Shown here in pieces: positions 48,782-59,724 of a stretch of DNA of 64,000 nucleotides (its first letter is position 1; every line of letters begins with the position of its first letter). Both the position numbers and the translations under genes were made by a program. Source of the DNA: Candidatus Uhrbacteria bacterium (lineage in GTDB: Bacteria > Patescibacteriota > Patescibacteriia > UBA9934); contig JAUYIW010000067.1 of the NCBI GenBank assembly GCA_030688135.1, positions 23,982-87,981 on the forward strand, given 5' to 3'. A model generated the notes under the pieces. The model ran no database searches. It was not told the DNA's origin and saw only the letters and a program-made list of their open reading frames with translations.

Positions 48782-49477
48782 TTATTTCTTTTGATGTGCT
48801 ACAGAGCCGGAAGCCGATTCTTTTTTTTCATCTTCTTCTTCAAAGATTTCTCCCTTATAAATCCAAACCTTTATTCCTATAGTACCGTAAATCGTTCTAG
48901 CTGGAATACGAGCGAAATCAACGTCGGCTCGTAGATTGTGAAGAGGGATACTGCCTTCCGAAACCGTTTCGCTTCTTGCAATTTCTGCACCATTCAAACG
49001 GCCAGCAATCGTGATTTTAACTCCCTTTGCTCCGCCTTTCATTACTTTTTCTATCGCCATTTTCATTGAACGTCGAAATGGAAGTCGCTTTTCAATTTCT
49101 TGCGCTATCTGTTGCCCTACAATTCTCGAAGACAACGCTGGCTTAGAAACTTCTTGAATATTGATATTAATATTTGTGCGACGTCCTCTGAAAAACTTAT
49201 CTTTAATCTTTTTCTTTAATTCTTCTGCTCCTGCGCCGGCTCTACCAATAATGAAACCAGGTTTAGCAGATGCAATAGTTACATTTATAGTATCGGCTGT
49301 ACGATCGATATACACAGCGTCAACGCTAGCTTCTTTCAATTGCTTTTTCAGAAAATCACGAAGCTTAACATCTTCCTCAAGATAAGAAACAAAATTCTTG
49401 CGGGGAGCAAACCACTTGGAGTCCCAGCTATATATAGTTGACAGTCGGAAAACTTTTGGATGAATCTTTCGTCCCAT
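48782..49477 (-). CDS. rpsC: 30S ribosomal protein S3
   Basis: MGRKIHPKVFRL start, KH domain, and an acidic/Lys-rich C-terminal tail. Confidence 0.92.
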   Translation of the reverse strand: MGRKIHPKVFRLSTIYSWDSKWFAPRKNFVSYLEEDVKLRDFLKKQLKEASVDAVYIDRTADTINVTIASAKPGFIIGRAGAGAEELKKKIKDKFFRGRRTNININIQEVSKPALSSRIVGQQIAQEIEKRLPFRRSMKMAIEKVMKGGAKGVKITIAGRLNGAEIARSETVSEGSIPLHNLRADVDFARIPARTIYGTIGIKVWIYKGEIFEEEDEKKESASGSVAHQKK

Positions 49478-49492
49478 ATATAATATTGAATC

Positions 49493-49936
49493 TTATTTAC
49501 TATCTTTTACGCTTTTTGGCTTAGACGCTACAACCTTGTCTTCTTTTACAACCTTATCACTAGCGCCCTTTGCAACAACAGCCTTCTTTGCTTTTCCTTT
49601 TTCTTCTTTTACGTCTACACCAATCGTAATATGTGACATTCTATAGCGAATCGTAGCCGCTGTTCCACGAGCTCGTGGGGCAAATCTTTTAATAGTTGGC
49701 CCCTCATTAACTGAAGCTAATGATACGAACAGCTTTTCCGTATCGATATCAAAGTTATTCCTTGCATTAGCTATAGCAGAATTAAGAGTCTTAAGCACTG
49801 GCTTTGCAGCTGCCTTCTTGCTAAACATAAGCTGTCTGCGAGCATCCTCAATCGGTAAGCCACGCACAAGATCAACCACAAGGCGAGTCTTGCGTGGTGA
49901 CATATGAATAAATTTTGCAGTAGCTTTAACTTGCAT
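49493..49936 (-). CDS. rplV: 50S ribosomal protein L22
   Basis: Conserved L22 core with a Lys-rich C-terminal extension. Confidence 0.88.
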   Translation of the reverse strand: MQVKATAKFIHMSPRKTRLVVDLVRGLPIEDARRQLMFSKKAAAKPVLKTLNSAIANARNNFDIDTEKLFVSLASVNEGPTIKRFAPRARGTAATIRYRMSHITIGVDVKEEKGKAKKAVVAKGASDKVVKEDKVVASKPKSVKDSK

Positions 49937-49948
49937 ATTTTTCTAGCA

Positions 49949-50245
49949 TTACCTCTTTGGAGGTGAAGAAGGAGGAGCGGCATCAATTGTCTTACCCCCA
50001 TGTCTAATAAATCGACGTGTTGGCGAAAACTCTCCAAGTTTATGGCCAACCATACTTTCCTGGACCTTTATCTGAATAAAATCTTTTCCGTTATGCACGC
50101 CAAAAGTCAACCCAACCATCTGTGGAGTTATCGTACTTGAACGTGCCCATGTTTTAACGACAGTTTTGTCGTTAGGCATCAATTTTGATACCTTTTCCAT
50201 GAGCTTTAGATCAACGTATGGTCCTTTTTTAAGACTTCTAGACAT
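49949..50245 (-). CDS. rpsS: 30S ribosomal protein S19
   Basis: [12 protein letters not shown] start, GHKLGEF motif. Confidence 0.92.
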   Translation of the reverse strand: MSRSLKKGPYVDLKLMEKVSKLMPNDKTVVKTWARSSTITPQMVGLTFGVHNGKDFIQIKVQESMVGHKLGEFSPTRRFIRHGGKTIDAAPPSSPPKR

Positions 50246-50257
50246 AGGTTTCGATTA

Positions 50258-50339
50258 CCAGGCTCCTACTAATGTACCAATTGTCACTGATGTACAGATC
50301 CGTAAATCTATATTAATCAGTATATTAGTAGGAACCTGG
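50258..50339. repeat. palindromic spacer element, family D copy 2 (L2/S19 gap)
   Basis: CCAGGCTCCTACTAATGTAC ... TATATTAGTAGGAACCTGG. Confidence 0.65.
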
Positions 50340-50352
50340 TAGTTTTTTTGTG

Positions 50353-51189
50353 TTAACGTTTCTTACTCTTACGTCTTGATATAATGAATTTATTTGTAAC
50401 TTTGTTGCGACGAGTCTTAACTCCCAGCGCCGGCTTTCCTGTTGGGGTCTTAGGACGTTTAAGTCCAATCGGGTTCCTACCTTCACCTCCTCCATGAGGG
50501 TGATCGACTGGGTTCATGGCCTTACCTCGTACAGTTGGTCGAATGCTACGATGACGCGTGCGTCCTGCCTTTCCCCATCGAACAAGTCGCCAATCAGGAT
50601 TTGATACATTACCAATCGTTGCCATGCACGTCTTTGGGACTGTCCTTACCTCGCTTGAAGGCAATTTAAGCGTTGCATAATCGCCTTCTACCGCCATTAG
50701 CGTTGCGCCAGTACCAGCTCCACGAACTAGCTGTCCGCCCTTACCTGGCTGAATTTCAATATTAATGACCTGAATTCCAAGAGGAATCTTCTCAAGAGGA
50801 AAACGATTTCCAACTTGTGGTTCGCTAAACTCTCGTGATGTTATGATCTTTGAACCAACCTTCAAACCTTGTGGCGCAAGGATGTATCGCTTTTCTCCGT
50901 CAGCATATACAACTAATGCAATTCGTGCCCCACGATTTGGATCGTACTCAATAGTACTAACGGTCGCTTCAATATCAAGTTTATCAAACTTCCAATCTAT
51001 GATTCTGATTCCGCGCTTTACTCCACCCCCTCGGTGACGAACCGCTATTTTTCCATTTGCTCGTCCTGCCTGTTGCTTTCTATGCTTCAGAAGTGGCTTA
51101 TACGGACTCTTCGACGTTACGTCATCAAAAGTCTGAACGCTTGATTTGCGCCTTCCGGGTGTAGTTGGTTTGTGGACTCGTATTCCCAT
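50353..51189 (-). CDS. rplB: 50S ribosomal protein L2
   Basis: Conserved L2 C-terminal block NPVDHPHGGGEG. Confidence 0.95.
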   Translation of the reverse strand: MGIRVHKPTTPGRRKSSVQTFDDVTSKSPYKPLLKHRKQQAGRANGKIAVRHRGGGVKRGIRIIDWKFDKLDIEATVSTIEYDPNRGARIALVVYADGEKRYILAPQGLKVGSKIITSREFSEPQVGNRFPLEKIPLGIQVINIEIQPGKGGQLVRGAGTGATLMAVEGDYATLKLPSSEVRTVPKTCMATIGNVSNPDWRLVRWGKAGRTRHRSIRPTVRGKAMNPVDHPHGGGEGRNPIGLKRPKTPTGKPALGVKTRRNKVTNKFIISRRKSKKR

Positions 51190-51207
51190 ATTTATTGATA
51201 TACTAGT

Positions 51208-51299
51208 ACCCTACAGAAGTACTGATTGTGACCGATTTATTTATAATCCGACTTCAGATCTGTGAATCAGTACCAATCAGTACGTCAGTAGGTTCCCTG
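51208..51299. repeat. palindromic spacer element, family D copy 3 (L23/L2 gap)
   Basis: ACCCTACAGAAGTACTGATTG ... CAATCAGTACGTCAGTAGGTTCCCTG. Confidence 0.6.
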
Positions 51300-51306
51300 T
51301 TTCTCT

Positions 51307-51759
51307 TTATACTCCATCAAATACATCTATCGTTGTTCCATTTGGTAGCTTTATAAGCGCTTTTTTTACATCACTTCGCTTACCGCTCACTCTACCAAAA
51401 TTCAATCGCTTGCCTCGTACGTTAATTATATTAACGCTCTCTGGAATAACGTGATACATTTCTTTAAATGCCTGTTTCACGGCAACGCGATTTGTATTTG
51501 GATGGACTCGGAAAACCATCACTCCCTTATCAGACAACTGAGCAGTCTTTTCTGAAACTATTGGTTCCAAGATTGTATTCAGTGACCTTGCGCTCGCTGA
51601 AATTACCATCTTCTTTTCTTTGGTTTCAACCTTCTTTGCTACAGGCTTCTTTACAGCATCCTTCTCATCCTTAACTTCCGCAACATCAACAAGCTGCTTT
51701 GTTACGCCAGTAGATTCAGTCTGTTCATTCTTCTTTTTGAATTTATCGAAAAAATTCAT
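51307..51759 (-). CDS. rplW: 50S ribosomal protein L23 with Lys-rich N-terminal extension
   Basis: The C-terminal ~95 aa match L23 (VSEKTAQLSDKGVMVFRV...). An extra ~50-aa N-terminal region is Lys/Glu-rich. Confidence 0.85.
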   Translation of the reverse strand: MNFFDKFKKKNEQTESTGVTKQLVDVAEVKDEKDAVKKPVAKKVETKEKKMVISASARSLNTILEPIVSEKTAQLSDKGVMVFRVHPNTNRVAVKQAFKEMYHVIPESVNIINVRGKRLNFGRVSGKRSDVKKALIKLPNGTTIDVFDGV

Positions 51760-51763
51760 AAAT

Positions 51764-52396
51764 TTATCTTGCGTAATTCTTTATGATCTGTTCAATTGCA
51801 GCCTTTGAAGCTAACACATACGGATATTTTGCAATATCGCGAACGTTCAAACTTCCAGCGCTAATTGTTTCAGTATCCTTAACATTGCGAGCTGCACGCA
51901 CAAAAGCCTTCTCATCTGCAGTTGTAACTATAAGTGCCTTTTTTCCAGCGCCCGGAAGACTATTTCGCATTTGCGCAACTGTCTTGGTCTTCATATCTTC
52001 CGCGCTGATATCTTCTATAGCAACTAGTAAATCTGAAGCTACTTTATCGGACAAAATCATTGCTAATGCACCCTTTCTTGCCTTCTTGTTTATTTTCTTT
52101 CCAAAAACTCTTAAAATAGTTGGACCAAATGTTACTCCACCACCAATCCAAATAGGCGATCGACTTGAGCCGTGACGTGCCCTACCTGTTCCTTTTTGCT
52201 TCCATGGCTTGCGTCCGCCACCTCGTACCTCACTCCTATCTTTCGTGTTGGCGATACGAATTCGTCCGTTTTCAACCTGAGCGATAATAGCCTCATGAAC
52301 AAGTGAAGATTTTACTTTCACGCCAAACAACCCTTCCGGCAAATCCATTGTGCCAGACTTTGAGCCATCTATTTTATATACATTTACTTGTGCCAT
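51764..52396 (-). CDS. rplD: 50S ribosomal protein L4
   Basis: Conserved L4 core (KPWKQKGTGRARHGS). Confidence 0.92.
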   Translation of the reverse strand: MAQVNVYKIDGSKSGTMDLPEGLFGVKVKSSLVHEAIIAQVENGRIRIANTKDRSEVRGGGRKPWKQKGTGRARHGSSRSPIWIGGGVTFGPTILRVFGKKINKKARKGALAMILSDKVASDLLVAIEDISAEDMKTKTVAQMRNSLPGAGKKALIVTTADEKAFVRAARNVKDTETISAGSLNVRDIAKYPYVLASKAAIEQIIKNYAR

Positions 52397-53007
52397 ATAT
52401 CTCCCATTGAAGTTGTTATCACTACAAAGCTTCCTCGACTTCCGGGAACCGCTCCCTTAATCGCTATAATATTATTAGCTTTGTCGACATTAACTATTTC
52501 TAGATTTTTTACGGTAACTTGGTCTCCACCCATTCTGCCACCCATTCTAGTTCCTTTAAACACTCTCTGAGGACCGCCAGCACCAATGGATCCTGGCATT
52601 CTAAGCTGATCTTTGTGTCCATGAGAAGCAGGTCCTCCGTGGAATCCATGACGCTTTACAACTCCCTGAAACCCTTTACCTTTTGAAATTCCACTCACGT
52701 TAACAGACTCACCAGCCTCAAAGGTGTCCGCGCAGATCTTCTGACCTTTTTCAAAAGTTTCACCTTCAGAAAGTTCAAATTCACGAACATATGCAAAATT
52801 TCCAAGATCTTTCCAGTCTTTCTTTTGAGGTTTATTTACTGACTTTGATGTACCGTAACCAAGAACAGCGGCCTGCCTTCCTGCAGGATTAGTTCTCACC
52901 GTTGTAACAGTACATGGACCAGCCTCTATTAGAGTAACCGGAACAACGCCTCCGTCTTCACGGAAAAATTGAGTCATTTCTAATTTTCTTCCAAGAATAG
53001 CTTTCAT
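52384..53007 (-). CDS. rplC: 50S ribosomal protein L3
   Basis: MKAILGRKLEMTQ start, FKGTRMGGRMGG motif. Confidence 0.92.
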   Translation of the reverse strand: MKAILGRKLEMTQFFREDGGVVPVTLIEAGPCTVTTVRTNPAGRQAAVLGYGTSKSVNKPQKKDWKDLGNFAYVREFELSEGETFEKGQKICADTFEAGESVNVSGISKGKGFQGVVKRHGFHGGPASHGHKDQLRMPGSIGAGGPQRVFKGTRMGGRMGGDQVTVKNLEIVNVDKANNIIAIKGAVPGSRGSFVVITTSMGDIWHK

Positions 53008-53436
53008 ATTTCTTCTAGCTGGCTAATGAAAAACCAGAAGTCGTTAAACATCATTCAGATATTCAACAGCTTCTAGTCTAAGTAAAACAACATTTGTACT
53101 TAGATTTTTTTTGATTTCGAATGATTCCTTTCTTAATTCCTCTTGAATCGTCGGGGAGGGTATCCTTCGTGTGCTTAACGATAACTTTAAACTATAACTA
53201 TAACTTTGGATGTGAGAAATTTCGATATTCTTGAATTCCTTAGTTATGGTGATTGTAAATGTTACGTCCTCCGTAATGCACGGACCTAACTCCTCGGTTC
53301 AAATGGGAATGTTTGAGTCACAAGCTGGAAATTGCTAGCCGGAAATTACTTTCGACCTTCTCCGGCCGTGAGAACTGAGCCGTATTCGGCACAGCATCTT
53401 ACAGCCGGAAACTCTCAACTTGTAACTCGTTATTAT

Positions 53437-53784
53437 TTACATCTTAATTTCGATGTCGACGCCTGCTGGCAGATTGAGTGTCATCAATGAATCAACAGTG
53501 CCTTCTGATGGGCTAAGAATGTCAATGAGACGCTTATGAATCCTCATTTCATACTGGTCTCGAGACGTCTTATGAACAAAAGTTGAACGGTTCACAGTAA
53601 AACGACGCTTTTCGCTAGGAAGTGGTATTGGCCCTAAAACCGTTGCACCACTTCGCTTTGCTGTCTTGATGATGGTATCAGCAGCAGAGTCGATTATTTT
53701 GTGATCGTACGCGCGAATTTTAATTCTAATTCGCTGCTTCGCTTCCTCCTTAGCATTTTCAGTTGTTGTGTTGGCGTCTGCCAT
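53437..53784 (-). CDS. rpsJ: 30S ribosomal protein S10
   Basis: [30 protein letters not shown]. Confidence 0.92.
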   Translation of the reverse strand: MADANTTTENAKEEAKQRIRIKIRAYDHKIIDSAADTIIKTAKRSGATVLGPIPLPSEKRRFTVNRSTFVHKTSRDQYEMRIHKRLIDILSPSEGTVDSLMTLNLPAGVDIEIKM

Positions 53785-53849
53785 AGAAATGTACGAAAAA
53801 GTTCAGAACGCAAGCGAGGAAGGGGCCAAGCCCCTTCCTCGATGCATTT

Positions 53850-55034
53850 TTATTCAATAATCTTTGTAACAACACCAGCTCCAACGGTTCGTCCACCTTC
53901 ACGAATAGCAAATCTCATCTCTTCTTCGATTGCAATTGGCTGGATGAGTCCTACTTCAACGTTTACAGTGTCGCCAGGCATAACCATTTCAACTCCTTCA
54001 GGAAGTGAAATAATATCACCTGTAACGTCAGTTGTTCGAATGTAAAACTGAGGCTTATAACCCTTGAAGAATGGCTTATGACGTCCACCTTCTTCCTTTG
54101 TTAGGGCATAAATCTTTGCTTCAAACTTGGTGTGAGGCTTAACAGTTCCAGGAGTAGCAAGCACCATTCCGCGCAATACGTCATCTTTCTTGATGCCGCG
54201 GAGGAGAATACCTGCATTGTCGCCTGCCATACCTTTGTCTAGCAACTTGTTAAACATTTCGATTCCAGTAACAACTGTCTTTGCAGTGTCGCGAATACCA
54301 ACTATTTCAACATCATCGTTCAAGTTGATTATACCGCGCTCAATACGACCAGTAACAACAGTTCCACGGCCTTCAATTGAGAAAACGTCCTCAATAGGCA
54401 TTAGGAATGACTTTTCTGTGTCACGTACTGGCTGTGGAATGTATTCATCAAGAGCCTTCAATAAATCCTTAATTGGCTTTATCGCCTCTTCATCAGTTGG
54501 ATTCTCTGCTGCCTTAAGAGCAGAACCACGAATAATTGGAGTTTCATCTCCTGGGTACTCGTACTGCTTCAAAAGATCTCGGATTTCCTCTTCAACAAGG
54601 TCAATAAGCTCAGGATCGTCAACCATGTCAACCTTATTTAGGAAAACAACGATTGTAGGCACACCAACCTGACGAGCAAGAAGAATGTGCTCACGAGTCT
54701 GAGGCATTGGACCATCAGCTGCTGAAACCACTAAGATCGCACCGTCCATCTGGGCGGCACCAGTGATCATATTCTTAACATAGTCAGCGTGACCCGGACA
54801 ATCTACATGGGCGTAGTGACGAGTTGCTGATTCGTATTCAACGTGAGACGTTGAGATTGTAATACCGCGCTCTCTTTCCTCAGGAGCGTTATCGATTTGG
54901 TCAAACGCTTTTTTCTGTGAGTCTGGAGAAAAAAGGCCGGAAAGTGCTGCAGTAAGCGTGGTCTTACCATGGTCAACGTGACCAATAGTTCCTACGTTTA
55001 CGTGCGGCTTTGATCGATCAAACTGTTCTGCCAT
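53850..55034 (-). CDS. tuf: elongation factor Tu
   Basis: [18 protein letters not shown] and NKVD GTPase boxes. 394 aa. Confidence 0.97.
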   Translation of the reverse strand: MAEQFDRSKPHVNVGTIGHVDHGKTTLTAALSGLFSPDSQKKAFDQIDNAPEERERGITISTSHVEYESATRHYAHVDCPGHADYVKNMITGAAQMDGAILVVSAADGPMPQTREHILLARQVGVPTIVVFLNKVDMVDDPELIDLVEEEIRDLLKQYEYPGDETPIIRGSALKAAENPTDEEAIKPIKDLLKALDEYIPQPVRDTEKSFLMPIEDVFSIEGRGTVVTGRIERGIINLNDDVEIVGIRDTAKTVVTGIEMFNKLLDKGMAGDNAGILLRGIKKDDVLRGMVLATPGTVKPHTKFEAKIYALTKEEGGRHKPFFKGYKPQFYIRTTDVTGDIISLPEGVEMVMPGDTVNVEVGLIQPIAIEEEMRFAIREGGRTVGAGVVTKIIE

Positions 55035-55306
55035 ATAATTAATGACTTATTGTTTGCGGTTCAAGACAAATTTGCCTTAAAACCTAATAAAATTATGATT
55101 TACGTAAGTGACGAGAGTATAGCAAAAGCCTGAAAATATTGCAAGTCCCATGCGGTGAATTAGTCCTCAGCCTATCATCATAACTATATTAAACATGTTC
55201 TTTGCTAAGCTTAGCTAATTTGTTAATTCTGAAGCCTATCTATAAACAACTAGATTTTCGGAAGTAAGGAAAAGGTTTTTTGAAATAGATTTTGCATTTT
55301 CACGAT

Positions 55307-55702
55307 CTACTCAATCGGCTCAAGATAGAACCGCTCCTCTCCAGGCTCAAAATCACTATCCTTAGGTTCAATTCCCTCTTCAACTGCCTTTTCAGCTTCA
55401 AACTCTTCCATTGCTGTGGTAGTCATTGCATTCAGCTCATCAATTGATTGAATTGGATCGTCGTCCTCTTCATCAAAACCTCCCTCCCATTCCATCGCTG
55501 GCATCGCGCTACCATTAAACGGTATTTCCTCTATTTCATCATAGTCATTGCCAGTCCATTCAAAATCTTCTTCAGCGCCCAAAAGGCATTCATACTGATC
55601 GACAGGCATTATTACAACCGGCTCGCCTTCACCAGCAACTATAAGTGTATCGCCTGTGCGTTGTGCTAAACGAATTAAACGCTGTAGTTGATTATTCTCC
55701 AT
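55307..55702 (-). CDS. hypothetical acidic protein inserted between fusA and tuf
   Basis: About 132 aa starting at MENNQLQRLIRLAQRTGDTLIVAGEGEPVVIMPVDQYECL. The C-terminal half is extremely Asp/Glu-rich. The N-terminal part of the longer 55987 ORF is Arg-rich and overlaps a repeat, so it is excluded. Confidence 0.4.
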   Translation of the reverse strand: MENNQLQRLIRLAQRTGDTLIVAGEGEPVVIMPVDQYECLLGAEEDFEWTGNDYDEIEEIPFNGSAMPAMEWEGGFDEEDDDPIQSIDELNAMTTTAMEEFEAEKAVEEGIEPKDSDFEPGEERFYLEPIE

Positions 55703-56088
55703 AGTTTTAGACAAACATTGATTATGTCGCCATCTTAACGCATCTGTAGAAGGAGTCAAGAGGTGGTAGATTGGCAATGGTAAATTAGCTTTTGGCCACT
55801 TGCCATTAGCTCGTGCAACCCATCCATATATCTGTACTGCAACCTGCCCTGAGCGAAACGATCCTGAGCCTGTTGAAGGAGAGTGAAGTCGAAGGGTATA
55901 TCCGTAACGAAATAAAAAAACTCCAGACTTTGTCAATCTCATGGGGGCGACCTTTAGGTCTCCCGCAAGCGGACGGCATACTGCCACAGGTGACTCGGGC
56001 AGTCCGCCTTCAATGAACAGTGGCGGAAATATCGTCCATACACTTAACTACCATTCACATGTCCTAGAGACGTGAAATCTCTTTAGGA

Positions 56089-56104
56089 CCTTTCGTGCGA
56101 AGGG
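56089..56104. repeat. short palindromic repeat CCTTTCGTGCGAAGGG plus TCCTAAGATT (copy 3)
   Basis: Same family as 35075 and 35387. Confidence 0.6.
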
Positions 56105-56283
56105 TCCTAAGATTGGTAGACGCCTTACTTTTGAGGATGAATGAGAGCAGTAACAAAAAGGCGAGCCTTTCGACCCGCCTTTAAATCTCTATTTAACCCC
56201 CTAACTTCCCTCAAACTCTCTCACATTGCTCGCGTTGGTCGATCTGTAGTTCCGTATAGTCTGTAGGTCTGTAACGATGTACC

Positions 56284-58368
56284 TTACGCTCCACGCTTCT
56301 CAATGATCTCTTTGGCAACGTTCCCTGGAACTTCCTGATACTCGTGGAATTCCATTGAGTAACTAGCGCGACCCTGAGTCATGGAACGAAGCGCTGTAGC
56401 GTAACCAAACATTTCAGCAAGTGGAACAATCGCGGCTACTGTCTTCACGTTTCCGCGCTCTCCCATTTCCTGAATTTGCGCACGCTTTGAATTCAAATCT
56501 CCAACAACTGTACCCAAGAACTCTTCAGGAGTAACAGCTTCAACTTTCATCATAGGCTCCAATAGTACTGGTCTTGCCTTCCTCGCCGCTTCCTTAAAAG
56601 CCATCGATCCAGCCATCTTAAACGCTGATTCATTCGAGTCCACTTCATGGTACGAGCCATCAAAAACTGTTGCTCTAATGTTGATTAGCGGATAACCAGC
56701 TATAACACCGCGGTCGAGCGATTCTTTTACACCCTTTCCAATGGCCGGAATGTATTCCTTTGGAATAGATCCACCTTTAATTTGATCGATAAACTCAAAG
56801 TTTGGACCATCCGGTTCTGTGATTGGTTCAACGCGCAACCAACAGTGACCATATTGTCCGCGTCCACCAGACTGCTTAACATACTTTCCTTCTCCCTCTG
56901 CAGTTTCACGAATAGTTTCGCGGTAGCTTACTTGAGGACGACCAACAGTGGCATCAACATTAAACTCGCGCTTCATGCGGTCAATAATAATTTCCAAATG
57001 AAGCTCACCCATTCCAGAAATAATTGTCTGTAATGTGTCTTCGTCGGTTCGAATTCGGAAAGTTGGGTCTTCTTCTGCAAGCTTTTGAAGCGCCATACCG
57101 AGTCTTTCCTGGTCAGCCTTTGTTTTTGGTTCAATTGCCTGTGAAATAACCGGCTCTGGGAAAGTAATTGATTCAAGAACTATTGGATCTGTTGGATCGC
57201 AAAGCGTATTTCCAGTTGTAGTATGTTTTAGCCCAACAGCTGCAGCAATTTCTCCAGCATAAACCTCGTTTACATCCTCTCGAGTATTTGCATGCATTCT
57301 AACAATTCGTGAAATTCTTTCTTTCTCGCCAGTAGATGTATTCAATACATAACTTCCGGCCTGGAGCGTTCCAGAATAAACTCTAAAGAAAGCAAGCTTT
57401 CCAACAAATGGATCAGTTGCAATTTTAAATGCAAGCGCTGAAAATGGAACTTCATCCTTTGCTTCGCGAATAATTTTTGTATCTTTATCTGCTGGATCAA
57501 AACCTTCAACTGGAGGCACGTCGAGCGGCGAAGGTAAATAGTCAACCATTGCGTCGAGTAAAAGCTGAACTCCCTTGTTCTTTAAAGCAGAACCAATAAG
57601 TACTGGAAAAATATCAAGTGAAATAGTGGCTTTGCGCAATATTCTCTTTAAATCATCAAATGCAATTTCAGCTCCAGCCAAATACTGTTCCATTGCACCT
57701 TCATCGTTCTCTACAATAGCCTCGATTAACTGCCCTCTCCATTTCTTTGCAGTAGCTGCGTATTCTTCTGGGATATCAATTTCTTCAACATCTTTACCAA
57801 GATCATCTCTGTACATAAATGCCTTCATGCGCAAAAGATCGATAATACCGATGAAGTTATCTTCGGTACCAATTGGAATCTGAATAGGATGTGCATTTTT
57901 TGTAAGTCTTGCGTGAATCGAATCTAAATCTTTGTAAAAATCTGCTCCAGTACGATCAAGCTTATTAATAAAGCAAATTCGTGGAACATGATATTTATCA
58001 GCCTGATGCCAAACAGTTTCAGACTGTGGCTCTACGCCAGCGACACCATCAAAAACAGTAACACCGCCATCAAGCACTCGAAGAGATCGCTCTACTTCAA
58101 CAGTAAAGTCAACGTGCCCTGGGGTGTCAATAATATTTATTCTGTGGTCCTTCCAAAAACAGGTTGTAGCAGCAGATGTGATTGTGATTCCACGTTCACG
58201 TTCCTGTTCCATCCAGTCCATCTCAGCTTCACCTTCATGAACTTCACCAATTTTGTGTTTCTTGCCAGTATAGAACAAGATACGCTCGGTGGTAGTTGTT
58301 TTACCAGCGTCAATATGAGCAATAATTCCTGTGTTGCGAATATTACTTAATGGAAAGTCACGGGGCAT
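56284..58368 (-). CDS. fusA: elongation factor G
   Basis: [20 protein letters not shown] and NKLD GTPase boxes plus domains II-V. 694 aa. Confidence 0.97.
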   Translation of the reverse strand: MPRDFPLSNIRNTGIIAHIDAGKTTTTERILFYTGKKHKIGEVHEGEAEMDWMEQERERGITITSAATTCFWKDHRINIIDTPGHVDFTVEVERSLRVLDGGVTVFDGVAGVEPQSETVWHQADKYHVPRICFINKLDRTGADFYKDLDSIHARLTKNAHPIQIPIGTEDNFIGIIDLLRMKAFMYRDDLGKDVEEIDIPEEYAATAKKWRGQLIEAIVENDEGAMEQYLAGAEIAFDDLKRILRKATISLDIFPVLIGSALKNKGVQLLLDAMVDYLPSPLDVPPVEGFDPADKDTKIIREAKDEVPFSALAFKIATDPFVGKLAFFRVYSGTLQAGSYVLNTSTGEKERISRIVRMHANTREDVNEVYAGEIAAAVGLKHTTTGNTLCDPTDPIVLESITFPEPVISQAIEPKTKADQERLGMALQKLAEEDPTFRIRTDEDTLQTIISGMGELHLEIIIDRMKREFNVDATVGRPQVSYRETIRETAEGEGKYVKQSGGRGQYGHCWLRVEPITEPDGPNFEFIDQIKGGSIPKEYIPAIGKGVKESLDRGVIAGYPLINIRATVFDGSYHEVDSNESAFKMAGSMAFKEAARKARPVLLEPMMKVEAVTPEEFLGTVVGDLNSKRAQIQEMGERGNVKTVAAIVPLAEMFGYATALRSMTQGRASYSMEFHEYQEVPGNVAKEIIEKRGA

Positions 58369-58567
58369 ACGGGGGAAAAATTTATTATCGAGTAGCCTTA
58401 GTTTATTAACGGTTTGCGAAATTTATTACCAGTATGCTAACGTTTATTAGCTGGCGACTTGTGTTTATTGCCTCGATCGGTACATCTGTATATCTGCACA
58501 CGATCCGTACATCTTCGATCCCTTGCTATCAAAATGAGTAAATGCGATACCTGCCGCACGAAGCTCA

Positions 58568-59038
58568 TTATCGTTTTGCGAAATGAGCGAAGGCGCGGTT
58601 GGCCTCTGCCATTCTCTGGACATCTAGCTTCTTCTTAATTGCGTCTCCTTCATTGTTAAATGCAGCAATGATTTCCACAGCTAGCTTTTGAGCCATTGGC
58701 TTACCCTTTTTTGATCTTGCTATTGTAATCATCCATTTGAGCGCAAGCGAATATCTACGTTCACCTCTTACAGGGATAGGGATTTGATAGTTTGCACCAC
58801 CAACTCTTCGAGATTTAACCTCCATGCTTGGTGTTACGTTCTTAATTGCAGTTTCAAATACATCAACAGGATCTTGCTTGGTCTCAGCTGAAATTATATC
58901 GAATGCGTCATAAACAACGCGCTCTGCGGTAGATTTCTTGCCATCGTACATTAAATAGTTAGTAAGTTTCGCAAGCAAAACGTTACCGTATTTTACGTCA
59001 GGCTCTATTATTCTTTTCTGTGCTTGTTTTCCGCGCAT
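58568..59038 (-). CDS. rpsG: 30S ribosomal protein S7
   Basis: Conserved S7 fold ([17 protein letters not shown]). Confidence 0.92.
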   Translation of the reverse strand: MRGKQAQKRIIEPDVKYGNVLLAKLTNYLMYDGKKSTAERVVYDAFDIISAETKQDPVDVFETAIKNVTPSMEVKSRRVGGANYQIPIPVRGERRYSLALKWMITIARSKKGKPMAQKLAVEIIAAFNNEGDAIKKKLDVQRMAEANRAFAHFAKR

Positions 59039-59133
59039 ATTTATTTAGCAATGTTTGCTTCATTAGACTCTTAGCTTCATTGGCTTCAACTGCGGTTCCC
59101 CGGCAAGCTATAAGCTAAAAGCTATCAGCTAGT

Positions 59134-59553
59134 TTATTTCTTTGGTTTCTTAGTTCCGTATTTGCTTCGACTCTGATTCCTGCCATCAATTCCAGTAGTG
59201 TCATATCGACCACGTACAATGTGGTAACGCACACCAGGAAGGTCTTTAACTCGTCCTCCACGAATCATAACGATTGAGTGCTCTTGGAGATTATGCCCTT
59301 CTCCTGGAATATAAGCGTTAACTTCTGTTCCATTTGATAGTCTTACACGAGCATACTTACGAAGCGCAGAGTTAGGCTTCTTTGGAGTCATGGTTGTAAC
59401 CTTCACACAAACTCCACGCTTAAATGGAGCTCCTTTTCGGAGGGTTGTTCGCTTACGGTGCAGTGTGTCGAGTGTGTACTGCATTGCCGGTGATTTTGAC
59501 TTCTTCGTCGAAGTCTTTCGACCCTTTCTTACAAGTTGGTTTATTGTTGGCAT
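59134..59553 (-). CDS. rpsL: 30S ribosomal protein S12
   Basis: [12 protein letters not shown] start, [10 protein letters not shown] motif. Confidence 0.97.
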   Translation of the reverse strand: MPTINQLVRKGRKTSTKKSKSPAMQYTLDTLHRKRTTLRKGAPFKRGVCVKVTTMTPKKPNSALRKYARVRLSNGTEVNAYIPGEGHNLQEHSIVMIRGGRVKDLPGVRYHIVRGRYDTTGIDGRNQSRSKYGTKKPKK

Positions 59554-59724
59554 AGCTGTATCTGAATTCTGATATTTGAATATCCGAGTTTAAATAAAAA
59601 TAGATGGCCGAAATGTACCATAGCCACTAAATTTCGTCAATATTTGGTTACTCACACAACTAAATCGGCAACACGGCTCCAATTTAGCAAAAAAGCCTTA
59701 AATTACAGGGGCTGGTAGCTTTGT

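Noticed and set aside
55703-55987. N-terminal extension of the acidic ORF between fusA and tuf
   Set aside because: It is Arg-rich and low-complexity and overlaps a palindromic repeat copy. It does not look like protein.
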